The position numbers and the translations under genes are program-made. A stretch of DNA of 53,271 nucleotides, taken from the IMG/VR virus record IMGVR_UViG_3300036766_001847, positions 1 to 53,271 of that record; one strand, written 5' to 3'. The stretch comes from a virus (taxonomy: Duplodnaviria > Caudoviricetes). The notes beneath the pieces were generated by a model. That model saw only the letters and a list, made by a program, of their open reading frames with translations. It was not told where the DNA came from and made no database searches. Below, piece after piece: positions 33,879-43,351 of this stretch (within the stretch, counting starts at the first letter, position 1; every line of letters starts with the position of its first letter).

Positions 33879-35774
33879 TTATCTCGTCGAGCCTCTCCGG
33901 CCCCTTGAACCGAAGAATGCGAACCTGGCCGTTGGGGTCGGCCCATCCACCGCGGTGCGCGCCAGGGCGCCGCGCAACCCCGGTTTCTTCTTCGGCCGCT
34001 TCGGAGGCTTGCCCCCGATGCGCGACCGGCCGGCACTCCTCGAGCCCAGCGCGGCCTTCCATTTTTCGAAGTCCTCCGGCGTGATGACGTAGCTCGGAGC
34101 GACTCCGGCCCGATTGCAGTCGAAGCAGAGAGGAAGGGCGACCGTGCCCTCCCGGCTGCCGGCGTGAACCCACCCGCAACCGCCCTTCTCTGGGTTGTTG
34201 CGGGCCCGGGTGATGCCGCAGTGCGAGCAGACGTCCTCTCCGCGCCTGTAAGCCTCGAGCGAGGCGGTCACCTGCTCGGCCGACCCGGCCTCGAACCCAG
34301 CTGTCGGGTTGGCGGCGTTCGTGCGCTCGTATTCTCGCTGCGCCAGCGTGGCGAGGCCCTGGTGCTGGTCGCATAGCGCGCTGGCCGTCTCGGTCTTGCA
34401 GCCCTTCACCGAGCACCGCTTGTGGAGGGGCGGCTTCTTCGCCCTGGGCGGCACCGGAAGGCCCGCGAGCAACTTCTCCCTCGCCTCATGGACCGCGTCG
34501 GCGGCGGCATCGCCGGGGGCGATCGAGGACGGCCGCGCCTGCTTTGGCGCCTCGGGTCCCGAGGTGACCCATCCGTCCCGCGCCGCCCGGGCGTACATCT
34601 CGAGGCGGCTGCGGCCCGGGCAGAGCTTCTCCACCATCTCGTAGAACTCCGCCGGTTTCTCGCTGTGCATCCGGCGCACGGCCGCGATGAAGGTGGTCTC
34701 GTTCGTGAGGTTCAGGAGGGGGTTGCCCCTGATCGCCAGCACGCAGTGCTCGGTGATGTTCCGCAGGTAGCGGCCGACCCCCATCCGGTCTTTCTTCCAG
34801 GTCAGCAGCGTCTTCGGGGTGAACCCCCAGCCCTTCAAAACCTGCTGCACGGGGGCGCGGAGGTCGACCAGGTGGCTGTTCGTAGTCCAGAGCCACAGCA
34901 CGCAGTCCTTGTCGGCCGGGGGCTTCACAGCGGCGATCTGGTCGATCGTCATCGCCGGGTACGGCAGGCCGCCGCGCGCATCGTCGCTGCCGTCGAGCTG
35001 GTCCTCGAAGGGCCAGGGAGGGTCGGCGGAGATCACCTCGAAGGCTCCCTCGGGCGGACGGTAGGCGGCGATCTGCGTCAGCTGGCGCGACTTCTTCACC
35101 GTCTTGCTGGCGCGGTTCAGCGTCAGCTCCCCGGACTTCACCTTCTCGGCCAGCGCCGGCGAGTCCCTCCTGAGTTGCTTCGCCAGCTCGACCTGGCGCG
35201 CGCCGACGCCCGTTGCCGCCGCGGCATGCCGAGCGGCCTTCCCCGACTCGACCGGTGAGGGCGCCTTGTTCTTCCAGGTCCGGAGCCCGTTCGAATGCGC
35301 CCCGGAGTGCCCAGCGTCGTGGATGCAGGGCGCGCCGCCGTCCTTCATGCCGCAGGCGCCCGGCATCGCTTGGCGCGACTTCGCGCTGACTGATTTCCGA
35401 TCGCCGCCGGCCGCGCGCTGCCGGTCCTTGGCCTCGGCCTCGAAGAGGGGAAGAGCCTCGGCGGCGATCATCGCCAGCTGGCTGGGGGCGAGGTGTCGCC
35501 GGCGGACGTTAAGGCTCATCACGTGGGCCGTGGGGCTGATCTCCCCGTTGGCGCCCGGAGCCCAGGAGGTGATCCTCGGCTTGACGCCGAGCCGCTCGCA
35601 GACGAGCAGGCGGTTCCGGCCGTCGAGCACCTTGCCCCCGAAGAGCTCGATCGCCTGAAGCTGGCCATTGGCCCGAATGTCGGCGCCGAGCTGCTCGAGC
35701 TCGGGCTCGGTCATCAGGGGGAAGAGACTCGCCGCGGGGTGGACGTCGTAGCTGCCGATCTTCTCGAGCTTCAT
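33879..35774 (-). CDS. ParB-like domain fused to an MT-A70-family N6-adenine methyltransferase
   Basis: HPAASLFP...DIRANGQ...LDGRNR...NVRRRHL; ADPPW, LWLWTT, HSEKP, LEMYAR. Confidence 0.9.
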   Translation of the reverse strand: MKLEKIGSYDVHPAASLFPLMTEPELEQLGADIRANGQLQAIELFGGKVLDGRNRLLVCERLGVKPRITSWAPGANGEISPTAHVMSLNVRRRHLAPSQLAMIAAEALPLFEAEAKDRQRAAGGDRKSVSAKSRQAMPGACGMKDGGAPCIHDAGHSGAHSNGLRTWKNKAPSPVESGKAARHAAAATGVGARQVELAKQLRRDSPALAEKVKSGELTLNRASKTVKKSRQLTQIAAYRPPEGAFEVISADPPWPFEDQLDGSDDARGGLPYPAMTIDQIAAVKPPADKDCVLWLWTTNSHLVDLRAPVQQVLKGWGFTPKTLLTWKKDRMGVGRYLRNITEHCVLAIRGNPLLNLTNETTFIAAVRRMHSEKPAEFYEMVEKLCPGRSRLEMYARAARDGWVTSGPEAPKQARPSSIAPGDAAADAVHEAREKLLAGLPVPPRAKKPPLHKRCSVKGCKTETASALCDQHQGLATLAQREYERTNAANPTAGFEAGSAEQVTASLEAYRRGEDVCSHCGITRARNNPEKGGCGWVHAGSREGTVALPLCFDCNRAGVAPSYVITPEDFEKWKAALGSRSAGRSRIGGKPPKRPKKKPGLRGALARTAVDGPTPTARFAFFGSRGRRGSTR

Positions 35775-35810
35775 GGTGGTGGTCTCCGAAAGTGCGCGCC
35801 CAACCGGAGA

Positions 35811-35823
35811 GGGGGGGGGGGGG
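35811..35823. repeat. G13 homopolymer in the loop of an inverted repeat, upstream of the ParB/MT-A70 gene
   Basis: CCGGAGA-G13-A-TCTCCGG, with outer GCGCGC/GCGCGC. Confidence 0.85.
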
Positions 35824-35867
35824 ATCTCCGGCCGAGCGCGCGTGGCACGCGGAAAGCTGGCGCGCCG

Positions 35868-36122
35868 TCAGCGGTGAACGTGGGTAATGCGAGGGGTCGC
35901 CTCCCCGGCGGCCTCAAGGACGTGAAGGATCGCCAGCTCGAGCGCGTTCTCGGACGAGCGAACGAGGGCGGCCCAGGCGCTATCGGCCTCGCCGCGGGCG
36001 CACGCGATCTGGAATTCTTCGCGCACATCGTCGCGGTGCCGACGCGCGGTGGCGAGCTCGGCGATGGCTCGGAGGAGAAGATCGCCGACCAGCTTCACCT
36101 CGATGGTCCCGAGATCAGCCAC
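35868..36122 (-). CDS. Hypothetical helical protein
   Basis: Part of the contiguous leftward operon. Confidence 0.6.
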   Translation of the reverse strand: MADLGTIEVKLVGDLLLRAIAELATARRHRDDVREEFQIACARGEADSAWAALVRSSENALELAILHVLEAAGEATPRITHVHR

Positions 36123-36426
36123 GGTACGTGCTCTCTTGCGGTGAGGCGGTGGGGGCGCTGACGGTGGCCGCGGCGAGCCGAGCCTCGAAGAGCGGGCCAG
36201 AGAGGCTGTCGAGGTCGAGCTTCCTCTTCGCGGCCCCGTCCCTGACTCGGTACCAGCTGGCGTGCACGCGGTCGTAGAGCTTGCCGATCAGGCTCCCGAG
36301 CGTCGCCGCGCCGGCGATGCTGGACAGCTCGGACTGGGCCCGCCCGAGTTCTTCTTGGGCGCGCTGGATGTGCTGCAGCGCCCGCTGGACCCTGGCCCGG
36401 GCCTCGGTCTCGGTCGCGGCGCTCAC
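36115..36426 (-). CDS. Hypothetical helical protein
   Basis: GTG 36426, overlapping neighbours; ARVQRALQHIQRAQEEL. Confidence 0.6.
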   Translation of the reverse strand: MSAATETEARARVQRALQHIQRAQEELGRAQSELSSIAGAATLGSLIGKLYDRVHASWYRVRDGAAKRKLDLDSLSGPLFEARLAAATVSAPTASPQESTYRG

Positions 36427-36550
36427 CGGGTCACCGCCTGCAGCTCGGCCCAGAGGCGCTGCTCGCGCCAGTGAAGGTAGAGGCTGCTGGGCTGCTGGAG
36501 GTAATCCCAGGCCGCCCGGTTCCACGCATCGAGGGCAAGAGCGAAGCGGC

Positions 36551-36727
36551 TCAAGGGTGCGCCTCCACAAGGAGGCAGGACCCGGTCCGCACGTCGTAGA
36601 GCTCGAGGCTGTCCCAGCTCGGGCCCGCCCCGGCAAGCGCCTCGAAGTACGCCTCGAGCCGGTTCGACGCCTTGACGAGACTGGTCCGGGCAGAGCCATG
36701 CCCGGTGACAACGATGAAGAAGCGCAC
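36551..36727 (-). CDS. First gene of the leftward early operon (58 aa)
   Basis: AGGGAGG SD before GTG 36727. Confidence 0.55.
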   Translation of the reverse strand: MRFFIVVTGHGSARTSLVKASNRLEAYFEALAGAGPSWDSLELYDVRTGSCLLVEAHP

Positions 36728-36857
36728 GAGAGCCTCCCTTGACTGAATCGCCTGCCCCTGCTCGCTGCTCGGCGTTGCGACTCCGCCTCCGAAGAGGCTG
36801 GCTCCCCACCACCAACACACCCGGCCGCCGCTGCTGCGCCACCGACCAACAAGAAAG

Positions 36858-36926
36858 GTTCTAGCACCGCTTTCCGGTGCGGTCAACCGCACCGAGGTTG
36901 ACACCGCAATGCGACTCGCGTACTAG
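36858..36926. promoter_or_regulatory. Divergent promoters with a 20-bp palindromic operator
   Basis: Minus strand TTGACC-N17-TAGAAC (36886-36858); plus strand TTGACA-N17-TACTAG (36898-36926); palindrome CGGTGCGGT-CA-ACCGCACCG at 36875-36894. Confidence 0.7.
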
Positions 36927-36975
36927 TGCTATCCGGTCGTGCAGTTGTGAACCGCGGAAAGAGGTGCGACGTTCG

Positions 36976-37281
36976 ATGGAAGCCTCCGTCGCCATGCCCC
37001 CGTACTACTCCCCGAAAGAGCGGACTCAGCCGCTCACCATTCGGATTCCCGAGAGCCTCAAGCGTGAGCTTGAGGAGATCTCGGAGATCTGGACGGCAGT
37101 CGAAGAGCGGGCCGGGAGCGGCGAGAAGGTCTCCGTCAACAACGTCATCGTCAGACTTCTGCGCGTCGGGGTCGATGGTGTCTGGGGAGAGTTCGGAACC
37201 AAGCCTCATCCGCACGACGAGAAGGAGAAGAAGGCTCTCGTCGAGAGGATGGTCCGAGCGGTCGCCGAGTCGAAGCAGTAG
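36976..37281 (+). CDS. Ribbon-helix-helix (Arc-like) regulator
   Basis: QPLTIRIPESLKRELEEI...SVNNVIVRLL; start at 36976 or 36994. Confidence 0.75.
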   Translation: MEASVAMPPYYSPKERTQPLTIRIPESLKRELEEISEIWTAVEERAGSGEKVSVNNVIVRLLRVGVDGVWGEFGTKPHPHDEKEKKALVERMVRAVAESKQ

Positions 37282-37410
37282 GCGAAGGCGGAGGGGTTTC
37301 CTTGAGTTCCTGTTTGCTGGCGCATCTGCGTCAGATCGGCTTGCTACAAGCTAGGTCTGAACGCGGGTTCAGCATGAACGGTCGCACCCGCTCGGGCGAG
37401 GAGTCTTTCG

Positions 37411-37722
37411 ATGAGCATCAAGCTGGAGCGGGCGATGGAGAGGATGCGGGCGGAGTTCGAGCGCCTGCGCGAGCAAATTGCGGCTCCGGATGTTCGCCTG
37501 TTCTCTCTGAAAGACGCAGCGCGCGTGCTCGACGTGAGCCTCTCGACCCTCGTCCAGATGATCCGAGCGCAGAAGATCCTTCCGGTGAAGTTGGGCGGAA
37601 GGCGAATGGTCCCGGCCTCGGAGATTCGTCGCCTGTCCATCGAGGGGGACCGTGGCCCGAGCCGCAGGTCCAAGGCCACGGTGCGGCCACGGCGAAGGGC
37701 GCGCGCGGTGCGCAAGCAGTAG
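37411..37722 (+). CDS. Excisionase-like HTH protein 1
   Basis: LFSLKDAARVLDVSLSTLVQMIR...VKLGGRRMVP.SEI. Confidence 0.8.
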   Translation: MSIKLERAMERMRAEFERLREQIAAPDVRLFSLKDAARVLDVSLSTLVQMIRAQKILPVKLGGRRMVPASEIRRLSIEGDRGPSRRSKATVRPRRRARAVRKQ

Positions 37723-37762
37723 TCCGAAGCGCCGGTTCGGCTGCGCCTGGTCGGGGTGCTCC

Positions 37763-38113
37763 ATGACCCTCGACGAGGTGATCAGGCAGGTGGTGCGGGA
37801 AGAGGTCCGCACAGTTGTGCGCGAGGAACTCGGCGCGCTCCGCGAGGCCGCCCCGGCCGAGCCGGGTCCCGAGCGGGCGACCGAGCTGCTCGACGTCGCC
37901 GGCGTGGCCAAGCTGTGCCACGCGACGGCGGGCACGGTGAGGACGTGGATTCAGTCTGGTCGGCTGGCTGCCCGGAAGGCGGGCCACCGCTACCTGGTGC
38001 GGCCGGTGGACGTGGAGCGGTTCCTCTCGGCGCGCCTCGCCGGCGAGCCGGACGTCGAGGGGCAGGTGTCGAGCATTCTGGATCGGCTCGGGGACAGGAG
38101 CACCCATGGGTAG
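37763..38113 (+). CDS. Excisionase-like HTH protein 2 (overlaps the int start)
   Basis: LLDVAGVAKLC..TAGTVRTWIQSGRL.A.K.G.RYLV...DVERFL. Confidence 0.82.
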   Translation: MTLDEVIRQVVREEVRTVVREELGALREAAPAEPGPERATELLDVAGVAKLCHATAGTVRTWIQSGRLAARKAGHRYLVRPVDVERFLSARLAGEPDVEGQVSSILDRLGDRSTHG

Positions 38114-39713
38114 CGTCTACCGGAGGGGCAGGAAGCTGTGGCTGCGCTTCAAGGGGCCCGATGGGAAGTGGACCCAGGTCGGCACCGACTTCCTCGTCGG
38201 CCAGGAGCGCCAGGCTCGCGTCGCGCTCGAGAAGCTCGAGAAGCGCATCACCGCGGGGCTGGGCCAGGGGAACATCGGCGGGCCGCTCACCGTCGCGCGC
38301 TTCGTGCCGACCTGGCTCGCCGAGAGGAAGCTGCAGGTCGAGGACTGGAAAGGCGACGAGGCCAAGCTGCAGCAGCACGTGCTCCCCGCCATCGGCCGCT
38401 TCCGCCTGGACCAGGTGCGCCCGCGCCACCTCGTCGAGCTGATGCTGAAGCTCCGCGGCGAGCTCGCGCCCAAGACCGTCTACAACGTCTATTCAGTGGT
38501 CTGCGCCCTCTTCCGGGACGCGCTGCTCGCGGACCTCGTCCCGGCCTCGCCGTGCGTGCTCACGCGGCGCCAGCTCGGGGCGAAGGTCGACTCCGATCCG
38601 GAGTGGCGCTCGACCGCCATCTACAGCCGGGACGAGATCGAGCAGCTCATCTCCGACCCGCGCGTCCCGGCCGACCGGCGGGTGCTCTACGGGCTCGAGG
38701 GGCTGGCGGCGCTTCGCCACGGCGAGGCCGCGGGGCTGCGCTGGCGGCACTACGACGCCTCGGCCACGCCGCTCGGCATGCTGACCGTGGCGACCTCGTA
38801 CGACAAGGGCCGCACCAAGACCAAGATGCCGCGCTTCATGCCGGTGCACCCCGCCCTCGCCGCGCTGCTCGCCGAGTGGAAGCTGACCGGCTGGGAAAAG
38901 ATGTTCGGCCGCGCGCCCGGGCCCGACGACCTGGTGGTGCCCCTCGAGCCGGAGGCCAAGCGCCCGGGCGGCATCCGCCTCAAGAACAACTCCCGCGACC
39001 GCCTCATCATCGACCTGGCGGCCCTGGGCCTTCGCCACCGGCGTGGGCACGACCTGCGGCGCACGCTGATCTCCCTCGCCCGCTCCGACGGCGCCCTTCG
39101 GGACATCCTCCGGCGCGGCACGCACCAGGCCTCGAAGGAGGTCATCGAGGGCTACACCACCTTCGAGTGGGAGGTCCTCTGCCGGGAGGTCTCGAAGCTG
39201 CGGATCCAGCGCCGCGGGCTTGCCCGGGTGGTGGCGCTGACCCGCGCCGTGGGGGCCCCGGAGGGCCTTGCTACAGTCCTTGCTACAGCCTCCAGCCAAC
39301 CGGCCGAGATCACGGCCGAAGAAGAGTGCACGAGCCGGGAATCGAACGCGGGTGGCACACCTCGGACGACCAGCGGATCAGCGGAGTCCACGTCATCACC
39401 GCCAGACGTTCCGGGCGGTTGCGCGGGCGGCTCCGAGCCCGGAACCTCGGATGATGATGGAGAACCCCCGAGTAGACGTAGCAACGTAGCAAGCCAAGAG
39501 GTGCGCCTCGAAGCGCCGGGCGGTTGGAAGGCGGCGGCGAAGCACTTCTCCGAGCAGATCCTCGGCATCGACGACGGGCTGCAGAGCGGTGAGCCGGACG
39601 CCGAGGTGACGGTCCAGGGCGACGACTGGCAGGAGCTCGTCGCGCTGGCGATCCGCGTCGCGCGCGCGAACGGCGATCCGCGCTTCGGCGGCCCGAAGGG
39701 CGGTGGCAGGTGA
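38106..39713 (+). CDS. int: Tyrosine integrase with long C-terminal extension containing the putative attP
   Basis: MGSVYRR arm domain; LRHGEAAGLRW, RTKT, HDLRRT, TH...IEGY catalytic residues. Confidence 0.93.
   Translation: MGSVYRRGRKLWLRFKGPDGKWTQVGTDFLVGQERQARVALEKLEKRITAGLGQGNIGGPLTVARFVPTWLAERKLQVEDWKGDEAKLQQHVLPAIGRFRLDQVRPRHLVELMLKLRGELAPKTVYNVYSVVCALFRDALLADLVPASPCVLTRRQLGAKVDSDPEWRSTAIYSRDEIEQLISDPRVPADRRVLYGLEGLAALRHGEAAGLRWRHYDASATPLGMLTVATSYDKGRTKTKMPRFMPVHPALAALLAEWKLTGWEKMFGRAPGPDDLVVPLEPEAKRPGGIRLKNNSRDRLIIDLAALGLRHRRGHDLRRTLISLARSDGALRDILRRGTHQASKEVIEGYTTFEWEVLCREVSKLRIQRRGLARVVALTRAVGAPEGLATVLATASSQPAEITAEEECTSRESNAGGTPRTTSGSAESTSSPPDVPGGCAGGSEPGTSDDDGEPPSRRSNVASQEVRLEAPGGWKAAAKHFSEQILGIDDGLQSGEPDAEVTVQGDDWQELVALAIRVARANGDPRFGGPKGGGR
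39266..39492. other. attP: Putative attP inside int
   Basis: Core 39327-39347, reverse complement GTTCGATTCCCGGCTCGTGCA (tRNA T-loop plus acceptor-like). Flanked by CCTTGCTACAG x2 (39266-39288) and the inverted CGTAGCAA x2 (39477-39492). Confidence 0.75.
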
Positions 39714-40297
39714 GCGACCCGATCTCGGCGGTTGAGCCGTACGAGCAGCCGAAGACCCAGTGCCCGCGGTGCCTCGCGTGGGTCGAGGACTTCGACGGCT
39801 TCGGCGTGCTGGCCCACACCAAGGACGCGTACCCCGACGGCTGCGGCTACTGCTCGCACCCTTCGCTGACGGGCGGGGTGTGCGGCATCTGCGGCGCCCG
39901 CCCGGAGACCGCGGCCACCGGCGACGTCGCCACGGCTGCCATGGCGACGGTGAAGGGGAGCGTCGCCGAGAAGAAGAGCGTCGTGCGCCTCCGGCTCGGG
40001 CGCACCGCCCGGGACTTCAAGCTCGAGGTCGATGGGCAAGAGGTCCGGCGCGTCCGGTCGATCACCATCCGCGCGGCGGTCCACGAGGTCGCCTCGGTTG
40101 AGGTCGTCACCCTTCCGGAGGGCGTCGAGGTGGAGGCCTCGGGCGTCGTGGTTCGGAGGCTCGAGCCGGGCGGCGGCGACTTCACCGCGGAGGAGATCTC
40201 CAAGCATCAGCAGGAGCGCTCGGGCGTGTGCGACGCAGCCTGCCGCCTCTGCCGCGGCTTCGCCCTTCTCGCGCTCGCTCGGGAGCGTGGCCAGTGA
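39710..40297 (+). CDS. Hypothetical protein with Cys motifs
   Basis: Coupled to int; CPRC, CGYCSHP, CGIC. Confidence 0.65.
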   Translation: MSDPISAVEPYEQPKTQCPRCLAWVEDFDGFGVLAHTKDAYPDGCGYCSHPSLTGGVCGICGARPETAATGDVATAAMATVKGSVAEKKSVVRLRLGRTARDFKLEVDGQEVRRVRSITIRAAVHEVASVEVVTLPEGVEVEASGVVVRRLEPGGGDFTAEEISKHQQERSGVCDAACRLCRGFALLALARERGQ

Positions 40298-40557
40298 AGA
40301 TCTCCCGCGCCGCATACGAGCGGCTGATGCAGAAGATCGGGCCGCTCACCGATCGGGACGTGCTGCTGGTCACCGTGCCGAAGAACGTCGGCGAGACGTG
40401 GGTCCGCACCATGGCTGTTCGCCTCCGCGAGACCTTCGGAGCCGCGGGTCTGAAGACCCCCGTCTTTCTCGTCGCCAGCGACTTCAAGGTCGAGCTGATG
40501 AGTCCCGAGCGTCGGAGGCTGATGGCGGCCGAGCTTCTGCGAGGGCTGACCCCATGA
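40294..40557 (+). CDS. Hypothetical protein
   Basis: GTGA/ATGA coupling. Confidence 0.6.
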   Translation: MKISRAAYERLMQKIGPLTDRDVLLVTVPKNVGETWVRTMAVRLRETFGAAGLKTPVFLVASDFKVELMSPERRRLMAAELLRGLTP

Positions 40558-40928
40558 AGGGTTCCGAGCACCTCGAGAGCGCCCTCCGCCAGGTACGCGG
40601 CGCGTTCGGTTCGATCGTCGAGGCCAAGGACGGCCACCCGATGAGCGACTCCCTGCGCGAGCTGCTGCTTTCGCGCACCTCGGTGCTCTGCGAGCTCGAG
40701 AGCGACCTGCTCAACGACATCGCCGCCCAGCAGCGGCACGAAGCGACCTTCCCGGAACCACGACGGGAAGCAGGGCCACTGCGCGTGCCCAGCAGTGCGG
40801 CGATGACCTCTCCCGCCGAGAACGCGCAGACCGCGAATCCGAGCGCATCGGACCTGTTGCCGGGCGGAGCACGCACCGAGGGCGCGGCCGGCACCGCGGA
40901 CCCTCACTCACCGGCGGGTGCCGCGTGA
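40554..40928 (+). CDS. Hypothetical protein
   Basis: ATGA/GTGA coupling. Confidence 0.55.
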   Translation: MKGSEHLESALRQVRGAFGSIVEAKDGHPMSDSLRELLLSRTSVLCELESDLLNDIAAQQRHEATFPEPRREAGPLRVPSSAAMTSPAENAQTANPSASDLLPGGARTEGAAGTADPHSPAGAA

Positions 40929-41218
40929 TCGTCCTCGACGCTCCGGCGCAGCGCGGCTGGTACCACGGCCCGTCCTCGCACCTGATCTCCGACCTGGCCG
41001 GCGGGCCCGGGTCGGCCGAGCTCGCCGCCTTCGCCGCGCGCCTCGGTCTCAACCCCAAGTGGCTCCAGGAGGCAGGGAGCCCGAAGGAACACTACGACTT
41101 GACCAAGCGCCGCGCGGCGCTGGCCGTCGAGTTCGGGGCCCGAATGCTGGAGCGGGTCGACTTTGTCGCGGTCCTCCTGGCGAAGCGCACCGCGATGGCC
41201 GCGACGGAGGCCGCCTGA
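40925..41218 (+). CDS. DUF4031-like protein
   Basis: SHLISD...EL.AFAARLGL...WLQ...HYDLT..R.ALA...GA. Confidence 0.8.
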   Translation: MIVLDAPAQRGWYHGPSSHLISDLAGGPGSAELAAFAARLGLNPKWLQEAGSPKEHYDLTKRRAALAVEFGARMLERVDFVAVLLAKRTAMAATEAA

Positions 41219-41373
41219 TGTCGCGCGCGCTCGAGTGGCTCGTCTACCAGGCGTTCCTCTCGAGCGTCTTCATCGACGACCTGCGCACCGCCTGGCGAGT
41301 GCACCACTGCAAGGTGAAGGGCTGCATCGAGTGCGCCGCGTGGCGCGCCGAACACGAGCGGAGGGACGCCTGA
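41218..41373 (+). CDS. Small hypothetical protein
   Basis: TGATG coupling on both sides. Confidence 0.5.
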   Translation: MSRALEWLVYQAFLSSVFIDDLRTAWRVHHCKVKGCIECAAWRAEHERRDA

Positions 41374-41540
41374 TGGACGCCACCAACATCATCCTCGGCC
41401 TGCTCGCCGTGACGGCGATCATCGTCGGGATTCGCGCGGGCCTGAAGGTGAAGGGGCCGGTGTACGTGCACCGGAGGTGCTTCGACCGGAGCTGCTCGCT
41501 GTGCTCGAAGTGGGCGCAGGGCCAGGGGCGGGGCGCATGA
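41373..41540 (+). CDS. Small single-TM protein
   Basis: IILGLLAVTAIIVGI; coupled to the MTase gene. Confidence 0.5.
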   Translation: MDATNIILGLLAVTAIIVGIRAGLKVKGPVYVHRRCFDRSCSLCSKWAQGQGRGA

Positions 41541-43351
41541 GCGGCCTGATCGTCGACCTGTTCGCCGGCGGTGGTGGCGCCTCCGCCGGGATCGAGGCCG
41601 CCACCGGCGCGACGGTGGACATCGCCATCAACCACAGCGCGACGGCCCTGGCGGTCCACAAGGCGAACCACCCCGGCACCCGCCACCTCGAAGCCGACAT
41701 CTGGGAGGTGCACCCGCTGAAGGCCACCAGCGGCCGGCCGGTTCGCTTGCTCTGGGCTTCGCCCGACTGCACCCAGTTCTCGGTGGCGAAGGGCGGCAAG
41801 CCGCGGAAACAGAACATCCGCTCGCTCGCCTGGGCCGTGGTGCGCTGGGCGAAGGACGTCCGCCCGTCGGTGATCTGCCTGGAGAACGTCGCCGAGTTCC
41901 GCGGCTGGGGCCCGCTCGACCCCGAGGGGAAGCCGATCAAGGCCCGGATGGGGGAGACCTTCCGCCGCTGGAAGGCCCAGCTCGAGCGCCTCGGCTACGT
42001 GGTGGACTACCGGGTGCTCGACGCGAGTCTCTACGGCGCGCCAACCCGCCGGCGGCGGCTCTTCCTGGTGGCGCGGTGCGACGGCCAGCCGATCTGCTGG
42101 CCCGATCCGACGCACGGCCCGGGGCTCTTGCCGGTGCACACCGCGGCGGAGTGCATCGACTGGTCCCTTCCCTGCCCGAGCATCTTCGAGCGCAAGCGGC
42201 CGCTCGCCGAGAAGACGCTCTGGCGCATCGCCCAGGGCATCCGGCGGTTCGTGCTCGAGAGCACCCGGCCGTTCATCATCCGGACCGATCACCACCAGAG
42301 CCACGCGACCAACGCGTTCGATCCCGCCCAGCCCCTTGGCACGATCACCTCGGCGAACGGCCACGCGGTGGTCGCGCCCCACCTGGTGAAGGTGAACCAC
42401 GGGAAGCGCGAAGCGAGGGGCGAGCAGCTCGACCTTCCGCTCTCGACCGTCACGGCGACCCAGCGCGGGCATGCCCTCGTCACGCCGCTGATGGTCCAGG
42501 TCGACCACGGCGACGACGCCAGGACGGGCGAGCGCTTCCACTCGGCTTGCCAGCCGCTCGGCGTGGTCACCGCGACCGGTAACAGCCACGCCGTGATCGC
42601 CCCGGTGCTGGCGACCATCGACCAGCAGGGCACGGGCGACCGGAGCTCGACGTCGGCCGATGCTCCCCTTCCCACCACGGTGACCAAGAACCGGCACGTG
42701 CTGATCGCCCCCACGATGGTGCAGACCTCGTACGGCGAGAGGAAGGGTCAGCGCCCGCGCTACCTTGACCTGCACCAGCCGCTCGGGACGGTAGTCGCCC
42801 AGGGGCAGAAGCACGCGTTGGTATCGGCTTTCCTGGCGAAGCACTTCGGTGGCGTCGTGGGAGTGCCCTTCGACGGCCGGCCGCTCGACACCATCACCAG
42901 CCAGGATCACCACGCCCTCGCCGCGGTGAACCTGGTGAAGCTCCGCGGGCAGTGCAACGGCGCCGGCGTCGACGAGCCGATGCCGACCGTCACCGCCTCG
43001 GGGATGCACGTCGCCCAGGTCCGGGCCTTCCTGACCGCCTACTACGGCGAGGACGGCACCTCGGGCCAGGAGGTCCTCGAGCCGATGCGGACCATTACGG
43101 CCAAGCACCGTCTCGGGCTGGTGACGGTCGAGGGCACCGAGTACCAGATCGTCGACATCGGCATGCGCATGCTCGAGCCCCACGAGCTGCTGCGCGCGCA
43201 GTTCGGCCGGTTCGCCGCCTCGTACGACCTCTCGGCGGCGACGACCAAGTCCGCCCAGGTGCGGCTCATCGGGAACAGCGTCTGTCCCGAGGTCGCCGAG
43301 GCCGTGGTGGGCGCGAACCTCCCACGCGGGAAGGCGAGGGCCGCCGCGTGA
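41537..43351 (+). CDS. C5-cytosine DNA methyltransferase with internal repeats
   Basis: DLFAGGGG, SPDC, ENV, RRRLF, IGNSVCP; about eight PL.T+T...H.++ repeats. Confidence 0.95.
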   Translation: MSGLIVDLFAGGGGASAGIEAATGATVDIAINHSATALAVHKANHPGTRHLEADIWEVHPLKATSGRPVRLLWASPDCTQFSVAKGGKPRKQNIRSLAWAVVRWAKDVRPSVICLENVAEFRGWGPLDPEGKPIKARMGETFRRWKAQLERLGYVVDYRVLDASLYGAPTRRRRLFLVARCDGQPICWPDPTHGPGLLPVHTAAECIDWSLPCPSIFERKRPLAEKTLWRIAQGIRRFVLESTRPFIIRTDHHQSHATNAFDPAQPLGTITSANGHAVVAPHLVKVNHGKREARGEQLDLPLSTVTATQRGHALVTPLMVQVDHGDDARTGERFHSACQPLGVVTATGNSHAVIAPVLATIDQQGTGDRSSTSADAPLPTTVTKNRHVLIAPTMVQTSYGERKGQRPRYLDLHQPLGTVVAQGQKHALVSAFLAKHFGGVVGVPFDGRPLDTITSQDHHALAAVNLVKLRGQCNGAGVDEPMPTVTASGMHVAQVRAFLTAYYGEDGTSGQEVLEPMRTITAKHRLGLVTVEGTEYQIVDIGMRMLEPHELLRAQFGRFAASYDLSAATTKSAQVRLIGNSVCPEVAEAVVGANLPRGKARAAA

